Source: Cyanophora paradoxa CCMP329
Taxonomy: Eukaryota; Plantae; Glaucophyta
DNA length: 64,000 nucleotides
NCBI GenBank assembly: GCA_004431415.1
Contig: QPMI01000243.1
Coordinates: forward strand, 1 to 64,000
Direction of reading: 5' to 3'
Below the pieces are notes generated by a model. It was given only the letters and a program-made list of their open reading frames with translations. It ran no database searches and was not told the origin of the DNA. The position numbers and the translations under genes are program-made. Within the stretch, counting starts at the first letter, position 1. Each line of letters starts with the position of its first letter. Positions 22,218-36,895 of the stretch are shown piece after piece.

Positions 22218-24445
22218 TCACATGTTGCCGAGGCTCATCTGGGAGAACTTCATGCCGGAGCCGGCCTTCTTGAGCCACTTGAAGTGCGAGGCCAGGGCGC
22301 TCCAGAAGGACGGGTAGCAGTTGTACGGGATCCCGTACTCCTGCGCCCCGCCCCGCCTCAGAGGCCCGCCCGCTTCGCCCGGCGCGCGCTGAGACGAGGG
22401 GCGGCTCGCCTTGGCGGTCTTCTCGACGATGGGGGCGATCTCGTCGTAGTAGACGTGCGAGATGGTCGGGAAGAGGTGGTGCTCGACCTGCCCCGCCGAG
22501 CTCAGCGGCGCGCGCCCTGCAGGCGGCGCGGGGGAGAGGGGGGGGCGGACCTGGTAGTTGAGGCCGCCCGAGACGAACTTCCAGAAGGACGACTGCGGGC
22601 TGAAGTTCGCCGTCGTCGCCAGCTGCGCCCCCGCCGGCCAGCGCGTGAGCGGGCGGGGCGGGGCGGGGGGGCGGCGGGGCGGGGGCACCTGGGAGGTGGC
22701 CCAGTCGACCTTGACGCGGCGGCCCTCCTGGACCTCGTAGAAGTCGACCTGCTCCACGACGTGCGCCACCTGGAACATGAACGCCAGGCACCAGCCCGTG
22801 ATCATCTGCCCCCGCACCCCGCCCCGTTCGGCCCCGGCAGGAGGAGCGGGGCGGGGGCGGGGCGGGGCGGGACCTCGGCGGCGACGAAGAGGAGGACGAC
22901 GCGCCAGACGGGGAGGTACATCGACGGGATCACCAGCGTGTACGTGAAGAAGATGATCTGCGCCCAGCGCCCGCCCCCGCTCGCATCCCGCGGCCCGCCG
23001 CGGTGCCGGGGGCCCGCCCCCGCCCCGCGCACCTTGCCGCCGAAGAGAATGACCTTCTCGATGAGGGGCAGCGGGCCGAAGGTGATGCTGGCGGGGCCGG
23101 CTCAGGGGCGGGGGGCCGGGGTGGCGCTCGGCGGGGCGGGCGGGCGGGCGAGCGGCGCACTTGCCGATGGCGCCCTTGGAGATGGCGAGGAAGTCGTCGA
23201 AGAGGACGGACTTGAGGGCGAGGAGGCCGTAGAGGAAGGCCAGGTAGATGTGCTGGTACTTCTGGTACGACTGCCCCCCGCCTCGGAAAAGGAAGGGAGA
23301 GGGAAAGAAAAGGGAAGGCGGACCTGGTGGGGCTGCGCGAGGGTCACCCGCCGCACGTCCGGGTCCTTGACGCCTGCGGCGGGGGCGGTCGGGAGGGGCG
23401 GGGCGGCGCGGCCGGCCGGGTCGGGCCGCGCGCACGGATGTCGGGGTCCAGGCCGTCCACGTTGGTGTACGCGTGGTGGCCCACGTCGTGCTGCTGCTTC
23501 CACATGTAGCTGCTCGCGCCGACCTGCCGCCCACGCGCACGCGACACGTCAGCGGCGCGCCCCACGTGACGCGCCCGTCCGCGGCGCGCACCAGGTCGAG
23601 CGAGATGCCAGAAAGCCGGCAGAGCCAGGGCTTGTTCGAGTAACCGCCTGCAGCGATGGCGTCACCCAGGGGTCGCCGTCAGCCTCGGCACGGCGCGCAC
23701 CGTGGTTGCCGTCGTGCTGGATGGAGACGCCGACCTCGGCGAAGGCGAAGCCGAGCAGAACGGCGCCGAGCGCCGAGTACGCCAGGCTCTCGAAGGCGAA
23801 GAATGTGAGGTAGTAGCCGAGCGCGAGCATCCCGAAGATGGAGGCCGACTTCGCGTACATCTTAGGCGCATCCCGCATCGACTTCTGCGCCGCCGCGCGT
23901 CCGCCGCATGAGCGGCGGCCGGCGCTCGCGAGCGGCCGCAACGGACGACGCACCCCCTCCTTCTTGAAGTACGCCTCCACGCGCTTCTTGAGCTCGACGT
24001 AGAACTCGCTCTCGTCTTCATAGGTAATCGGCTTCTCACCCTTAGTCGCGTCCAGCTCGCCGATGCAGAACTTGCCCAGCATGTCGCGGACGTAGAGCGG
24101 GTGGTACGACTCGAACAGCTGCGTAACATCCCGCCCCGCCTGCAGATAGATGAGGTCTCCACCAGGATGCTTGGGGGCCCTGTGCAGCGCAGCGAGCACG
24201 CGCGGCGTTCGAATCTCAATCAGCACGCGGGCGCTCACGTGCGCGGGAGGGGGGCGCGCGGACCACTCGCTCATGTCATAAACCTTGCCCCGAACAATCA
24301 GCCAGCAGTCTCCCGGCGTGCTGTGCCGCCCGACCTCCTCCAGGGTGTACCGCTTCCCCTTCTCGCCAGCCTTGCGGCGGCTGGGGCTAGCCTCGCGGGA
24401 AGAGCCTCCCGCAGCCGACTTCCTGGGGCGCAGCTCCGGAGCCAT
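22218..24445 (-). CDS. Front-end (Delta5-like) fatty acid desaturase with an N-terminal cytochrome b5 domain
   Basis: HPGG heme motif and three histidine boxes: HDGNH, QHDVGHH, QVEHHLFP. Confidence 0.93.
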
Positions 24446-24679
24446 GGCGCCGGGGCGAACTGGGCGAGCGGCCGGCCTAGTCGAAAAAAAAGGGAGGAGG
24501 GCGTCAGCCCCACACAATGGGGAGCCAGGAGCGGAGTTCGTCTGCGCGACGAGTACGGCGTTCACGCACCTGCGGCGCTGTCTAGGAGCAGCCGGACGAA
24601 GGCGCTCCGCGAACTAAATGCGAGGGTACCCCTCGGCCAGCTCAGTTCAGCAGCGTGGAGCAGCACGCCCGATTCGAAG

Positions 24680-26281
<1,602 letters not shown>

Positions 26282-26947
26282 GCGGACCTCTTAGCGGCCT
26301 TCCGTCCGTCTATTCGCCCCGCCTTGGGGGCCCCACTGCCCCCAGAACTCGCCCTTGCACCGCCAACAACTCCCGGGGCTCGTCGCAGCCTCATTACTTC
26401 CCACTCCCGCTCTCCCCGATCATCGCTTCCCGCCCGCCCGCGCCCGCGGTCGCCTTCCGCTCTGTCGGGTCTTTTTCCTTCTAGTTCCCTTGCTAGTGTC
26501 GTTTCTTCATATGTAGAATGCAGTGTGTATCCTCGGACTGGTATTCGATCCGATTTGCGATATGGAGTCAGCTTGCCTCCACGCGCGAGGCACGCGCACG
26601 AGAGGCCGGCCTGGCCGCCGCGTGCCGGCGGACGTCCACGTCATTGGCAGCAAGGCCCGTCAGAGTTCCCCTGACCCATAGGCAACCTAGACTCCGCCAG
26701 GGCTCTAGCCCTGAGGTCAAGGCTCTACTAGGCTATATATCAAAGTGGCGACGTGCACGGTGCAACGGTGCACTGCGGCAGAAGAACGACTGAACACAAC
26801 CTCCATTTAGCGCGGCATGTCCTGTCTGCGTGGTAGGAAAAAGCTACTTGGGCCGCGGCCCGGCGAGTGGGTGGCCGCGCGCTGCAAAAAAGGCGAGGGG
26901 GCGGGGCGGAGGGGCGGGGCGGGGCGGGGCGGGATGCCGGGGGCCGG

Positions 26948-28628
26948 TCATGCGAGGAGGGCCTGGAGCTTGTCGCGCTGCTCGGGGGAGAGGTTGGCGG
27001 CGGCGGCGGCGAGGACGTCGGCGGGCAGGCCCTGCCGCATCGCCGTCCCGATCGCCTTGAAGCGGGCGGTGAGCTCCTCGTCGGCGGAGTCGGTGCCGAG
27101 GGCGGTGCCGAAGACGTAGAGGATTCGGGGCACGTTGGCGTTGCCGGCGCCGAGGACGCCCGGGTGGTTCGCCTCGATGAGGGTGCAGAGCTGGCGGTAC
27201 ACGAGGCGCGCCTCCTCGTGGTCCGACGTCAGCGGCATGTAGTTCACCCACGCCGTCAGCACCGCGTTCACATCCAGGCCCCCCGCCGCCCCCTGGCCCT
27301 CCACGATCTTCCCCACCGCCGAGATCGCGTTGTCCGTCGCCGACCCGTTCTCCTTGCTCCGGCTGCCCGCGCGTCAGACGGGACGGAGCGGGACCGGGTC
27401 GGGTCAGAGGGCCGGCGGGCCTGTCCGGGGCGGTGATGACGGCGTTGAGGCGCATGAGGGCCTCCTGGCAGTGCGGCGCGAAGCGCGTCCCGCCGAACTT
27501 GCCGGCGACGCCCAGCCCGTACACCGCCGCCTGCCGCACCTGCCGCGCCGCCTCGGGCCGGGCCCCGACCCCACCCCGCTCCCCGCCGGGAGGGCGCACC
27601 TCGGCCTCGGGGTCGGCGGCGTACTGCTTGAGGAAGGGCAGCAGCGCGTCGTAGTAGCCGTGCGCCGCCGCCCCCAGGTGCTCGATCTGGCCCCGCGCGT
27701 CAAGGGAGGCCCCTCGGGGAACAGCGTGGGTGGGGCCGGGGCGCACGATGTCGTCGGCGATGCAGACGCCGATGCGGCGCTCGGTGGCCCCCCGCTTGGG
27801 GTTCATCATGTCCATGAAGAGGTGCAGCAGCTCCTGCCGCCCCGTCAGGCGGCCCCGGGGGCGGCCGCCGTGCGGGGCGGGGCGGGCCTGGAGGACGGGG
27901 ACGAAGGCGGCGCGCGAGTTGCGCATGACGGAGCCGAGCGCCGCCGCCATCGTATCCAGGATCTCGTCGTCCCGCACCTGCCGGCACCAGCCCGTCGGTC
28001 CGCGCCGGCGGGGCGGGCCGGGGCGGCGCGGCGGCACCTCCTCGTCGTCGAGGGCCTCGGTCTCCTCCTCGTCGCAGTCCTCGTGCTTCCGCTTGCTCGC
28101 CCGCTGCTTCCGCCGCGTCCCGCAGTCCTGCGCCACGCCGCCCCGCTCGCCGCCGCCCCGGGCGCCCCCCCCGCGCGACCCGCGGCGGCGCGCCTTGATG
28201 ATCTCCTGGACGCCCTCGCCGATGAGCTTGAGCTGCTCGGGGGAGAGCATCCCCTCGCCGGCGACCTCCACGCACTGCGCGGGGGGCCGCTGAGCTCGGG
28301 GCGGGGGCGGGGGCGGGGCGGGGGCGGGGGCGGGGGCGGGCCTCGCGGAGGGCGTCGAGCATGGCCATGATGACGTCGGGCTCGGGCTCCGCCTTGATGG
28401 CCTCCAGCAGGGACCCCATGATGAAGTCCAGCAGCTGCTTCACCTGCCCGCGCCGTCGCCCCGCGCCCCGCCAGAGGCGCCCCGCCCGCGAGCGTGCACC
28501 GGCGTGCGGTCCGTCTGCCCGGCCTTCTTGAGGGCCAGCGAGGTCGCCTGCATGAGGTCCCCCAGGCACGAGACCGCCGCCGACCGCACCTCTGCCCCCG
28601 CCGCAGGGTCAGGCGGGGTCAGGCGGGG

Positions 28629-28670
<42 letters not shown>

Positions 28671-31600
28671 CCTCGGAGTAGTAGAACTTGGCGAGGGGCA
28701 CCATCAGCTTGGCGACCTGGTCGACGTAGGGCGCGAAGCCGTCCTTCAGCTGGTGCACGTAGCAGCAGATCATGTTGCACGCCGTCGCCTTCTCCTCCAG
28801 CACCTGCCGCCCCGCGCCCCGGCGTCAGCCGCCCCGCCCGCCCAGCACCGCCGCCTCTCCCCCGGGCACCGAGGTCTTGATGCCGATGCGCTTGTCGCCG
28901 ATCTGGATGGTCTCGAAGCCCTCGGCGGCCTCCTCGTCCTCCGCTGCGGGGGCGCCGGGGTGGGCGGGGGCGAGGGGGCGGGGGGGGCGGGGCGGGGCGG
29001 ACCGTCGCAGACGGTGATCTCGGGCTTGAGCTCCGCCGAGGCGATGAGCGGGGGCATCACCACCTGCCCCCGCCCCGCCGGCTCAGCCCCGGGGGGGGAG
29101 GCGGGGCGGGGCGGGGCGGGCCTGGAGGTAGGGGATGAAGTCGTCGCCGAGGCAGCGGCAGATGCGGGTCCAGGCCTGCAGCATGTACGAGACCTGCGGG
29201 TCGTCCGCCGCCATCGGCTCCGCTGCCCCCGCCCCGCCCCCTCAGCGGCGCGGCCGGGGCGAGCGGGGCGAGTGGGCGGGGGGCGGACCCTGGGTGCGCA
29301 TGAGGAGGTCCATGACCTCCTTGGCGTCGGGGAGGAACTTGGCCTTGCCGACGGCCACGCCGACGAGCGAGATGCACTCCATGGCCTTGCCGCGCAGCAG
29401 GCGCATGTCGCTCCCCGCGGCGTGCGTGAGGATGTGCTTGAACATCGGCATGAAGGTGTCGTAGTAGGGGATGAAGCCGTCCCCGACGCAGTCCGCGATC
29501 GACGCGATCGCCGTGATCGCCTGCTCCTGCACCTGCGCCCCGGCGTCGCCCCGGCACCGGCGGCGCGGGGCGCGGGCGGGCGCACGATCTTGGGGCCGCC
29601 CTGGAGGAGGGCGCCCAGCTTGGCGAGGAGCTCGTTGAGGTAGGGCGCGAGGGTCTCCTTCTTGCACTCCTCCGTGAAGTTGATCACCGCCGCCGCCGCG
29701 TGCCCCTGCACCCTGCGCGGGGCAGCGCGAGGCCCGGTCGGCCCCGCCCGCGTCGGGCGGGGCGGGGCGGGCGGACCGCATGTGGGGGTCGGCCATGGCG
29801 CGGATGAGGGCGGGGAGGGCGATGCCGTGGAACTGCTCCTGCAGGTCCCCCTGCGCGCGCGAGCCCGATCAGGGCGCGGCGGGCCCCGCATCGACGCGGC
29901 CGCCCGAGGGCGCACGCCGAAGTCGGTGCAGAGCTGGCCGAGGCAGTTGATGGCGGCGAAGCGGACGCGCGGGTGCGGGTCGCCGAACATCGTCAGCGCC
30001 ATGCTGCGCGCGCGCCCCGGGGCGTCGGGCCCGGCGCGCTGCGCCGGGGCGGGCGGCGGGGCGCACTGGACGACCTGGCCGAGGTGCCCCTCGATCTGCT
30101 TCTGGCAGCCCTCGCCGATCTGCCCGCCGGCGTCGGCCTGGGCGTGCCGGCACGGGGCGCGGGGCGCGGGGCCGCGGCGGACCTGGGAGATGGCCATGAG
30201 CGCCGCGTGGCGGAACCGCCAGTCCTGGTGCGTCTGCGGGGGCGCGGGCTGAGCAGCTGAAGCGTGGGGGACGGGGGCGCGGGGTGGGCGGACGAGGTGG
30301 CCGGGGATGATGGAGAAGGCGACGGGGAGGATGGTCTTGCCGCCGAGGGCGATGGCGAGGCGGTCGCAGCCCTCCTCGCCCACGTCCACGTTCGTGTACT
30401 CCTCGTCCTCCTCCTCCGTCCCCTGCTCGCCCGCCCCCTCGGCTCGCCGGCGGACCCCCCCGGCCTCTCCTGCCCCAGGCGGACCTTGTTCCAGGCCTCG
30501 TCGTCCTCGATGTCGAGCATGAACTTCATGCAGACGGGGAGCACGAGCTGCGTGAAGCTCTGCCCCCCCGCTGCCCCGCGCCTCAGCGCGAGCCGGCCTC
30601 GCACGCTCCGTCCAGAGGAGAGGGGGGGCGGACCCTGGAACTTGCGGCACATGCCGGGGGCCTTCTCGGCGAGCGAGAGGATGAACTCCAGCGCGAGGTG
30701 CCGCGTGTCTGCACGCCACGCGGGCGTGAGGGGCGGTGGCGGCGCAGGCCGCGGGCGGGCGGACCGTCCTCGAGGGTCTCAGTGGTCGTAATCATGAGCA
30801 TCGCCTGGAGTACCTGCGCGGGGGGCTAAGCGGCAGGGCGGCCGGGGCGGGCGAGGCGGGGCGGGCGAGGCGGCGCGTGCGGGCTTGGTTCTCACCTGGG
30901 GCAGCTGCTTCTTGAAGAACTGCGGGTTGTAGTCGACGATCTCGACGAACTGCTCCAGCGCCGAGCGCGCCGCCTGCTCTTCGTTGCTGTTCAGCGCCTG
31001 TTCGATCGTCTGCGGGCCCCGCCGTCAGGAGAAAGGAAGAGGGAAGGCGGGGAAGGGAGGGAAAGGAAGGGCGGACGGAGAGCATGTTAGGGAGGAGTTC
31101 GACGAAGGGGGCGAGCTGCTGCGGGTTCTCGTCCTCGATGGAGGTGAGGAAGTTGCCCGTCGCCCGCAGCGCCGCCAGCCGCACCTGCGCGGGGTCGGCG
31201 CGCGGCGGGGGCGGGGCGGCGGGGCGCGCGGGCCCCGGGCGCACGTCCTGGACAGGGTCGGCGAGCGTGGCCTTCAGAACGCCGAGGATCACGCCCATCA
31301 TCGGCTGCAGCTTCTCCGCGATCGAGTTCGCGAGGTTCGCGAAGATGCAGAGCGCCGACTCCCGCAGCTCCGCGCGCGGCGACTTGGTCCAGTTGAACAT
31401 CACCGGCAGCAGCTCCGGCCAGTCTCCACCTGCGCGCCGCGCACTCGGCTGCCCGTCCCCGCCCCGTCCCGCCCGACCCGGCACGCGCGGAACCGCACCG
31501 TGCTCGAGCACGAGCGCCGCGAGGTCAGAGAGGGTGTCGCAGATCTTGTTACGGATGTGGTGCTGCGGCTCGCTCTCGACCGCCGCCACCAGCTCGGTCT

Positions 31601-31973
31601 TCACGTACTGCTGCGTCGCCGCCTGCATCGCCGTCCACAGGGTCTCGTTCTCGCGGGTCATGATGCGCCGGATCAGCACGGCCGACATAGAACGGACCTG
31701 CGTGGTGCGCGGCGCGGGCGGCACGGTCAATCGCGCAGACTGTCGATCCCGAGGCGCCACGGGCGCACGCCCCTGCCGGCGGTGCCCGTGGATCTAGATG
31801 GTGCGCACCGCATCCTGCTGAGACACACGCATGGCCTGCGTCAGGGCCGAGGCCAGCGTGTCGGGGTGCTTCTTGGCCTCGTTGAACTGCTGTTCAGCGG
31901 CCCCCCGGACCGTGTTGTCCGGAGACATGAGGCTGCTGCATAGCTGCTCGAACTGTTGCAGCATGTTTGCCAT
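26948..31973 (-). CDS. IPO5: Importin-5 / karyopherin beta-3 (Pse1/Kap121 family)
   Basis: [128 protein letters not shown]. Confidence 0.95.
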
Positions 31974-32627
31974 CGCTGCCGTCGCGGATGGGGCGGTCGA
32001 AAGCGTGAGCTCCAAAAAAGTTGAACACGGGCCGCGCGAAGATTGAGGATTTGGATTGCGCACCAGTAGTTTAACTGCCAGCGCAGGGCGCGGCACGAAC
32101 GGGCGAGGGAAGCGGAGCGAGCACCTCCCGCCAAATTGTGCGACCTGCCGGGAGTCGAACCCTTTTACCGTTGCACAAGAAAAACCGCGCAAGCGTTCGA
32201 CGCGCAGCGCGCGCTAGCTTTCGAGTCGCGCAAGCGTTCGACACGTAGCGCGCGTACAGCGCCGCCGCCCCGCACGCCGATTTCGATCGCATCGTGTCGC
32301 GCGCGCGCGCGCTCCCCGATTTCCGAAGTTCCCGATATCGATGCCATGATAGCGATGTCCGAGATCATCGGATTGCCGTGCACATGATTAGACGCATACG
32401 TACGCGCGCGCGCCCGGCTCGAGCTAGAGCTCGATCGCGAGCTCGAGCTCCTGCAGCCTGCACAGCCTGCGCATGCGGCGCTGGCCATGCGCCATATCAC
32501 GACGGCCCATATGCATATCTGCCGCGCCCGGCCAGCATGCAGCTGCAATCCAGTACGTCCATGGCCAGACGGTCGGACCCCTTCCAGAGGAACTCGGGAC
32601 TTCGAATTTCGTTTATTTGGTAAAAGC

Positions 32628-32843
32628 AAAACCCGTAAGACGACCTGGGCCCCCACGCTCGCCTGGAATGAAGGCGGACGGGCGGTCATCAACGCCACGT
32701 CTCTGGCAAAGCCAGGGAACGTAGCCACTTCACGCTCAGGGACCCAAGTTATGCTTCAGCATCCGGGTTGAGAGGTTTGTCTTCTTTAGAAGACATGAGA
32801 GATTGACCGAACTGTACAATGATCCTGTACGAGTAATGGTCAA
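32628..32843 (-). ncRNA. U3 snoRNA, copy A
   Basis: Minus strand reads GACCAUUACUCGUACAGGAUCA (GAC box, A', A), then box B GAGCGUGA, box C UGAUGA, terminal stem AACCCG/CGGGUU and stem CUUGGGUCCC/GGGGCCCAGG. About 215 nt, followed by a T-run. Confidence 0.88.
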
Positions 32844-32871
32844 TTGAGTTTTCCACGGGCATCGATTTCTC

Positions 32872-32920
32872 TATTTATTCTGCGGTCGCGATCGGACTTG
32901 AAGGGGGAAGAACGTGGGAC
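32872..32920 (-). promoter_or_regulatory. Putative snRNA-type promoter of U3 copy A (USE-like element + TATA-like element)
   Basis: Minus strand has GTCCCACGTT (32911-32920; the plant USE is RTCCCACATCG) and AATAAATA about 30 nt upstream of the inferred start. Neither is clearly conserved in copies B and C. Confidence 0.35.
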
Positions 32921-33893
32921 CAGCAGGGCACAGGCCCTCTCCTTGCTCCCAGCCGCTGAGCGCGCGTCGAGCGCGCGCTCTGCACTTCAAGGCTTCAAGG
33001 CTTGAAATATCGATCGCACCTGACAGGATGGAAAGTGGGACGGGGGAGCTTCATGCAAGAAGCCCCTGAGCCTCGGAGGCATTCCGGGGATCCGCTAGCG
33101 CTCGACGTCGACCTCGAGGATGGCGAAATTCATTAAAGGAGGAGATCCAGGTCTACAGGCCCTGAGGATCTGGATTCGGATGAATTTTGAAGCCTGAGGA
33201 ATAATTCGGAATGGGACTCCGCGAGAATTCGAAATTGATTCAAATTCAAAGAGGAAATTAAAGACCGATCGAGGGCCGGGATTCAAAGAGAGGGGATGCC
33301 CAGCTGCAGGCCGATCGAAATTTGAGGGATTGGAAATCAAACTTGAAAGGAGAGAGGCCGCGATCGATCGAGGGGCGCAATATGCCCTCGGTCGCGGGGC
33401 GCCGGCCTTGCCAAATTGAACGGCTCTGCGTAATTAATTTACACAAGCAACTATGTGCGCCAACGTTAACTGAAAAACGAGCCGTGGAGCCTGCCGAACA
33501 AAGCACTTGCTCAACTCTCGGCGAGCTCAAAGGACATCTCAGTCTAGATCTCTGCCGGACTGCGGCAGTGCTGCCTAAGCGCTAAAGATAGCGTAGACTG
33601 TTGACATCTCACTCTACACAGCTAACGTTAACCGATTAAAAGTTTCGAGGTCGTTATCAGTACTAGTCACCGAGTACTACCGTAGTACGGTAATTCTTTA
33701 CAACAGCTGCAGCCTTCGCTGCAGCCTGCAGCTCAAGGAAACTCAAATAAGTACCGCGAAGAATTGAAAAAAAAGCTTATGCGAAGTATAAATACAAGGG
33801 GCTCGAGCGCGCGGGCTGTGCACACGCGAGGGCCCGGCGGGCTCAGGGCCCGGGGCGGGGCGAGCTCGAGCTGGAGGGGCGGGGCCTACTAGG

Positions 33894-36512
33894 CTAGAAG
33901 CGGGGCCCGGCGATGGGGGCGGCGCGCATCCAGGCGAGGAGGACGCGGCCGGACTGGAGCTCGAGGCAGTCGTCCGCCACCCGCGTGAACTCCTCGAAGG
34001 AGATCGAGCCCTGCGCCCCGCCCCGCCCGGCCCCGCTCGCATCCGAGCGGCGCGAAGCGAGGAGGAGCGTGGCGTGGCGGGCCCGGGGGCGCACGGAGCG
34101 GTCGCGGTCGGCATGGCGGAAGAGGCGCTCGACGTCGCGCCGCAGCATCGCCTCGTACTGCTCGTCCGTGATCTGCGGGGGCCCCCGCACGCCTCGGCCC
34201 GAGCTCGGGGCGCGGGGGAGGGGCTGGGTCCCCGCGCACGAGGGCGTCCTGGAGGTGCCGCGGGGCGACCGACCGCAGCGCCTCCGTCACCTCCTGCGCG
34301 GGGAGGGCGGGCCCTGGTTGGCGACTCCAGCCGGGGCCGGCCGGCGCCGGCGTCGGAGGGGCGCGGGGACCTGCGGGGAGAGGGAGCCGTCGCCGTTGCG
34401 GTCCATCGCGTCGAAGGCCTTGTGCTGCGCGTGCCGCTTGATCGTCCTGCGCCGGCGGGCGCGCCCCGTCGGCCGGGCGCGGGGGCGCGGGGCGGGGACG
34501 GGGCGGGGGCGGGGCGGACCCCTCGAGCTTCTCGGCGGCGGCGATGAACTCGTGGATGTCGAGTGTCCTGCTTTTGTCGACGTCCGCCACGTCGAGTGTC
34601 CTGCGCACCTCGCCCCGCAGGAACGACTCGTACTGCCCCGCGCTCATCGAGCCCCCGCCCCACTCCTCCCGCGGGTACGCCTGCGGGGCCCCGCGGGGGC
34701 GGGGCGGGGTGAGGGGCGCGCGCCGCGGGGCCGCGGGGCGGGCGGGGGGACCTGGGCGAAGGCGGCGCGGAGCTCGGCCTCGTCGAGCTGCCCGTTGCCG
34801 TCCCGGTCCAGCGCCCGGAACGCGTTCCGCGCCAGCTGCCCGCCCCCGTCGCCCGTGGCCCCCGGGGGCGGGCGCGGGGCGGGGGCGGCGGGGACCTGCT
34901 CGCGGCGGACGCGGGCGATGTGGGCGCGCGCCCAGCGCTGCAGCTGCTCCACCGTCGTGTACATCGCCATCCGGTCCGGCGCCGACGTCAGCAGGCTCGA
35001 CCCGATCCCCGCGTAGAAGCCCTGCGCCCCCTAAGGCCGGCGGCCGGGGCGCGCGGGCGCCGGAGGAGGGCCGCACGGCGGGCCCCTCGTGGAGGAGGGT
35101 CTTCCAGAAGGCGTCCAGCGGCCCCTTGAACATCGTCCCCTTCCCGTCCGGGCCCACCGGCTGCGCGCGGGGCGGGGCTCGGCGGGGCGCCGGGAGCGGG
35201 GGCGGGGCGGGGGCGGGGTGGGACCTGGCCGTAGAGGCGGGCGCGGACGATGTCGACGGGGTTGAGGATGGCGATGGCGGTGAAGGAGCAGACGAAGGCC
35301 GAGGCCATGTCCAGCCAGGGGCCGTCCCGCAGCCAGCCCCGCTCCAGCGCCTCCCCGCTGCCGCCCCGGTCACGCGGGAGGGGCCGGCGCGGGGCGGCGG
35401 CGCGCGCACCGGAAGACGCTGTAGGTGGTGGTGCCGATGGCGCACGAGGCCGCCGCCCGCGCCATCCTGCGCCCCGGCCCCGCCTCGCGCCCCGGGGGTC
35501 GGGGGGCGGGGGCGGGCGGGCGGACGTGGTGGAGGTGCCGCGGTAGAGCTTGCGGACGCCGCCCCAGCCCTCCTGCACCAGGCCCCTCAGCGCCCGCGCC
35601 CCCGCGCCCTTCTCCGTCGAGATCTGCCCCGGCCCCGCCGCCCGTCAGCCGGGGGCAGGGGAGCAGGGCGGGGGCGGGGGGGGGAGGCGGGGGCGGGGGC
35701 TGGCCTGGGTCTGGAAGCGGAAGACCTCGAGGGGGTTGGTGACGACCGCCGAGGCGAGCCCGCACGCCATCCCCACCAGGATCCGCTTCCACACCGGCAC
35801 CTGCCCCCGCCCGCCGGTGAGCCCCCGCCCCGGGCCGCCCTCGGCGCGGCGGGGCCTCGCCTTGCCGTCGTGGGCGGGGTGGACGAGGTCGAGGGCGGGC
35901 TGGATGCAGCCCATGCCGAAGGGCGTCGAGAACGACTCCTCGGCGAGGGAGCTCCCCAGCCCCTTAAACCACGCGCTCGGGCCCTCCTCCGTCGTCATCC
36001 GCCACAGGCAGTCCTGCCGCTGACGGTGAGGCCCCGGGGCCGGCGGGGGCGGGGCGGCATGCTGTGTGCGCACGAAAAGGCCCTTGTACTTGGTCTGCGT
36101 CGCGGCGGCGGCGGCGCCGGCCGCCGCGGCGCCCGTCGTCGCGACGGCGCGCATGCCGCCGGGCGGGGGCTTCTTGATCGCGCCGATGCCCTGGTTCTGC
36201 AGCCGCGTCTTCACCTGCGCGCCGCGCGTGAGCTCGCGCGCGGGCGCCGCGGCCAGGACGGGCCCCACCACGTCCAGCGGGTTCGTCAGGATCTGCGCGG
36301 GGCGGCGTCGGGGGAGCCGGCGGGGCCCCGCGGGGGAGGCGCACCTCGCCGACGTAGCCGCCGATCACGCAGATCGCCACGCCTGCCGCCGTCACCGGCC
36401 CCCGCCGTCAGCACGAAAAAACGGCCGCCCGAGGCTCCGAGCTCGATCTCTTCGCACCTTCCAAGAACGTCGGCTCCTTAGGGTGGATGCCCGCAGCACG
36501 CTGGGGATGCAT
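33894..36512 (-). CDS. Mitochondrial carrier (SLC25) protein with four C-terminal EF-hands
   Basis: Three carrier signature repeats: NPLDVVKTRLQ, NPLEVFRFQTQ, NPVDIVRARLY. YKGLFDCLWRMTTEEG. EF loops DRDGNGQLDEAE, DVDKSRTLDIHE, DRNGDGSLSPQE, DRDRSGSISFEE. Confidence 0.88.
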
Positions 36513-36895
36513 AAAGCGAAGCTTGAGATTACCCGTTCCGGCGTGCCGGGCGTTCGTGTCCTTCACATTCTTGCGCGACGGCTTCCGAGTCTAGACGGAG
36601 CACGTCAGCCCACGATCGGGGGGCGTCCGAGCCTCGCAAACACCGATCATCGAAACACGCACTTTAGAAGATGGCCTAGACGCCGACGGGAGCCAGAAAC
36701 TCCACGCTCTACTTGGGCGATCAGGCCGACCAGAGGACTCGCCAGGCTCGAAGTTCCGTGGCTTGACACGGCTGTGCGATGTGCAGGCCATGCTGGACTG
36801 ACTGTTGGGCCGCCTGCCAGGCTGCCCGCCAAGATGCTCGGGCTGAATTTTTCCGATAAAAAAAGTCCCGAGTCGGATTAGAACCCCGGACCACG

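Noticed and set aside
32130-32165. tRNA-like GGTTCGACTCCCGG..TCGCA (also at ~55491)
   Set aside because: Only a B-box/T-arm-like string; no D-arm, anticodon arm or matching acceptor strand. The second copy comes from the duplication.
33050-33420. AT-rich tract with GGAAATTAAAGAC / GGGCCGGGAT motifs loosely matching the reverse complement of 56540-56600
   Set aside because: The similarity is too short and degenerate to define a repeat or element.
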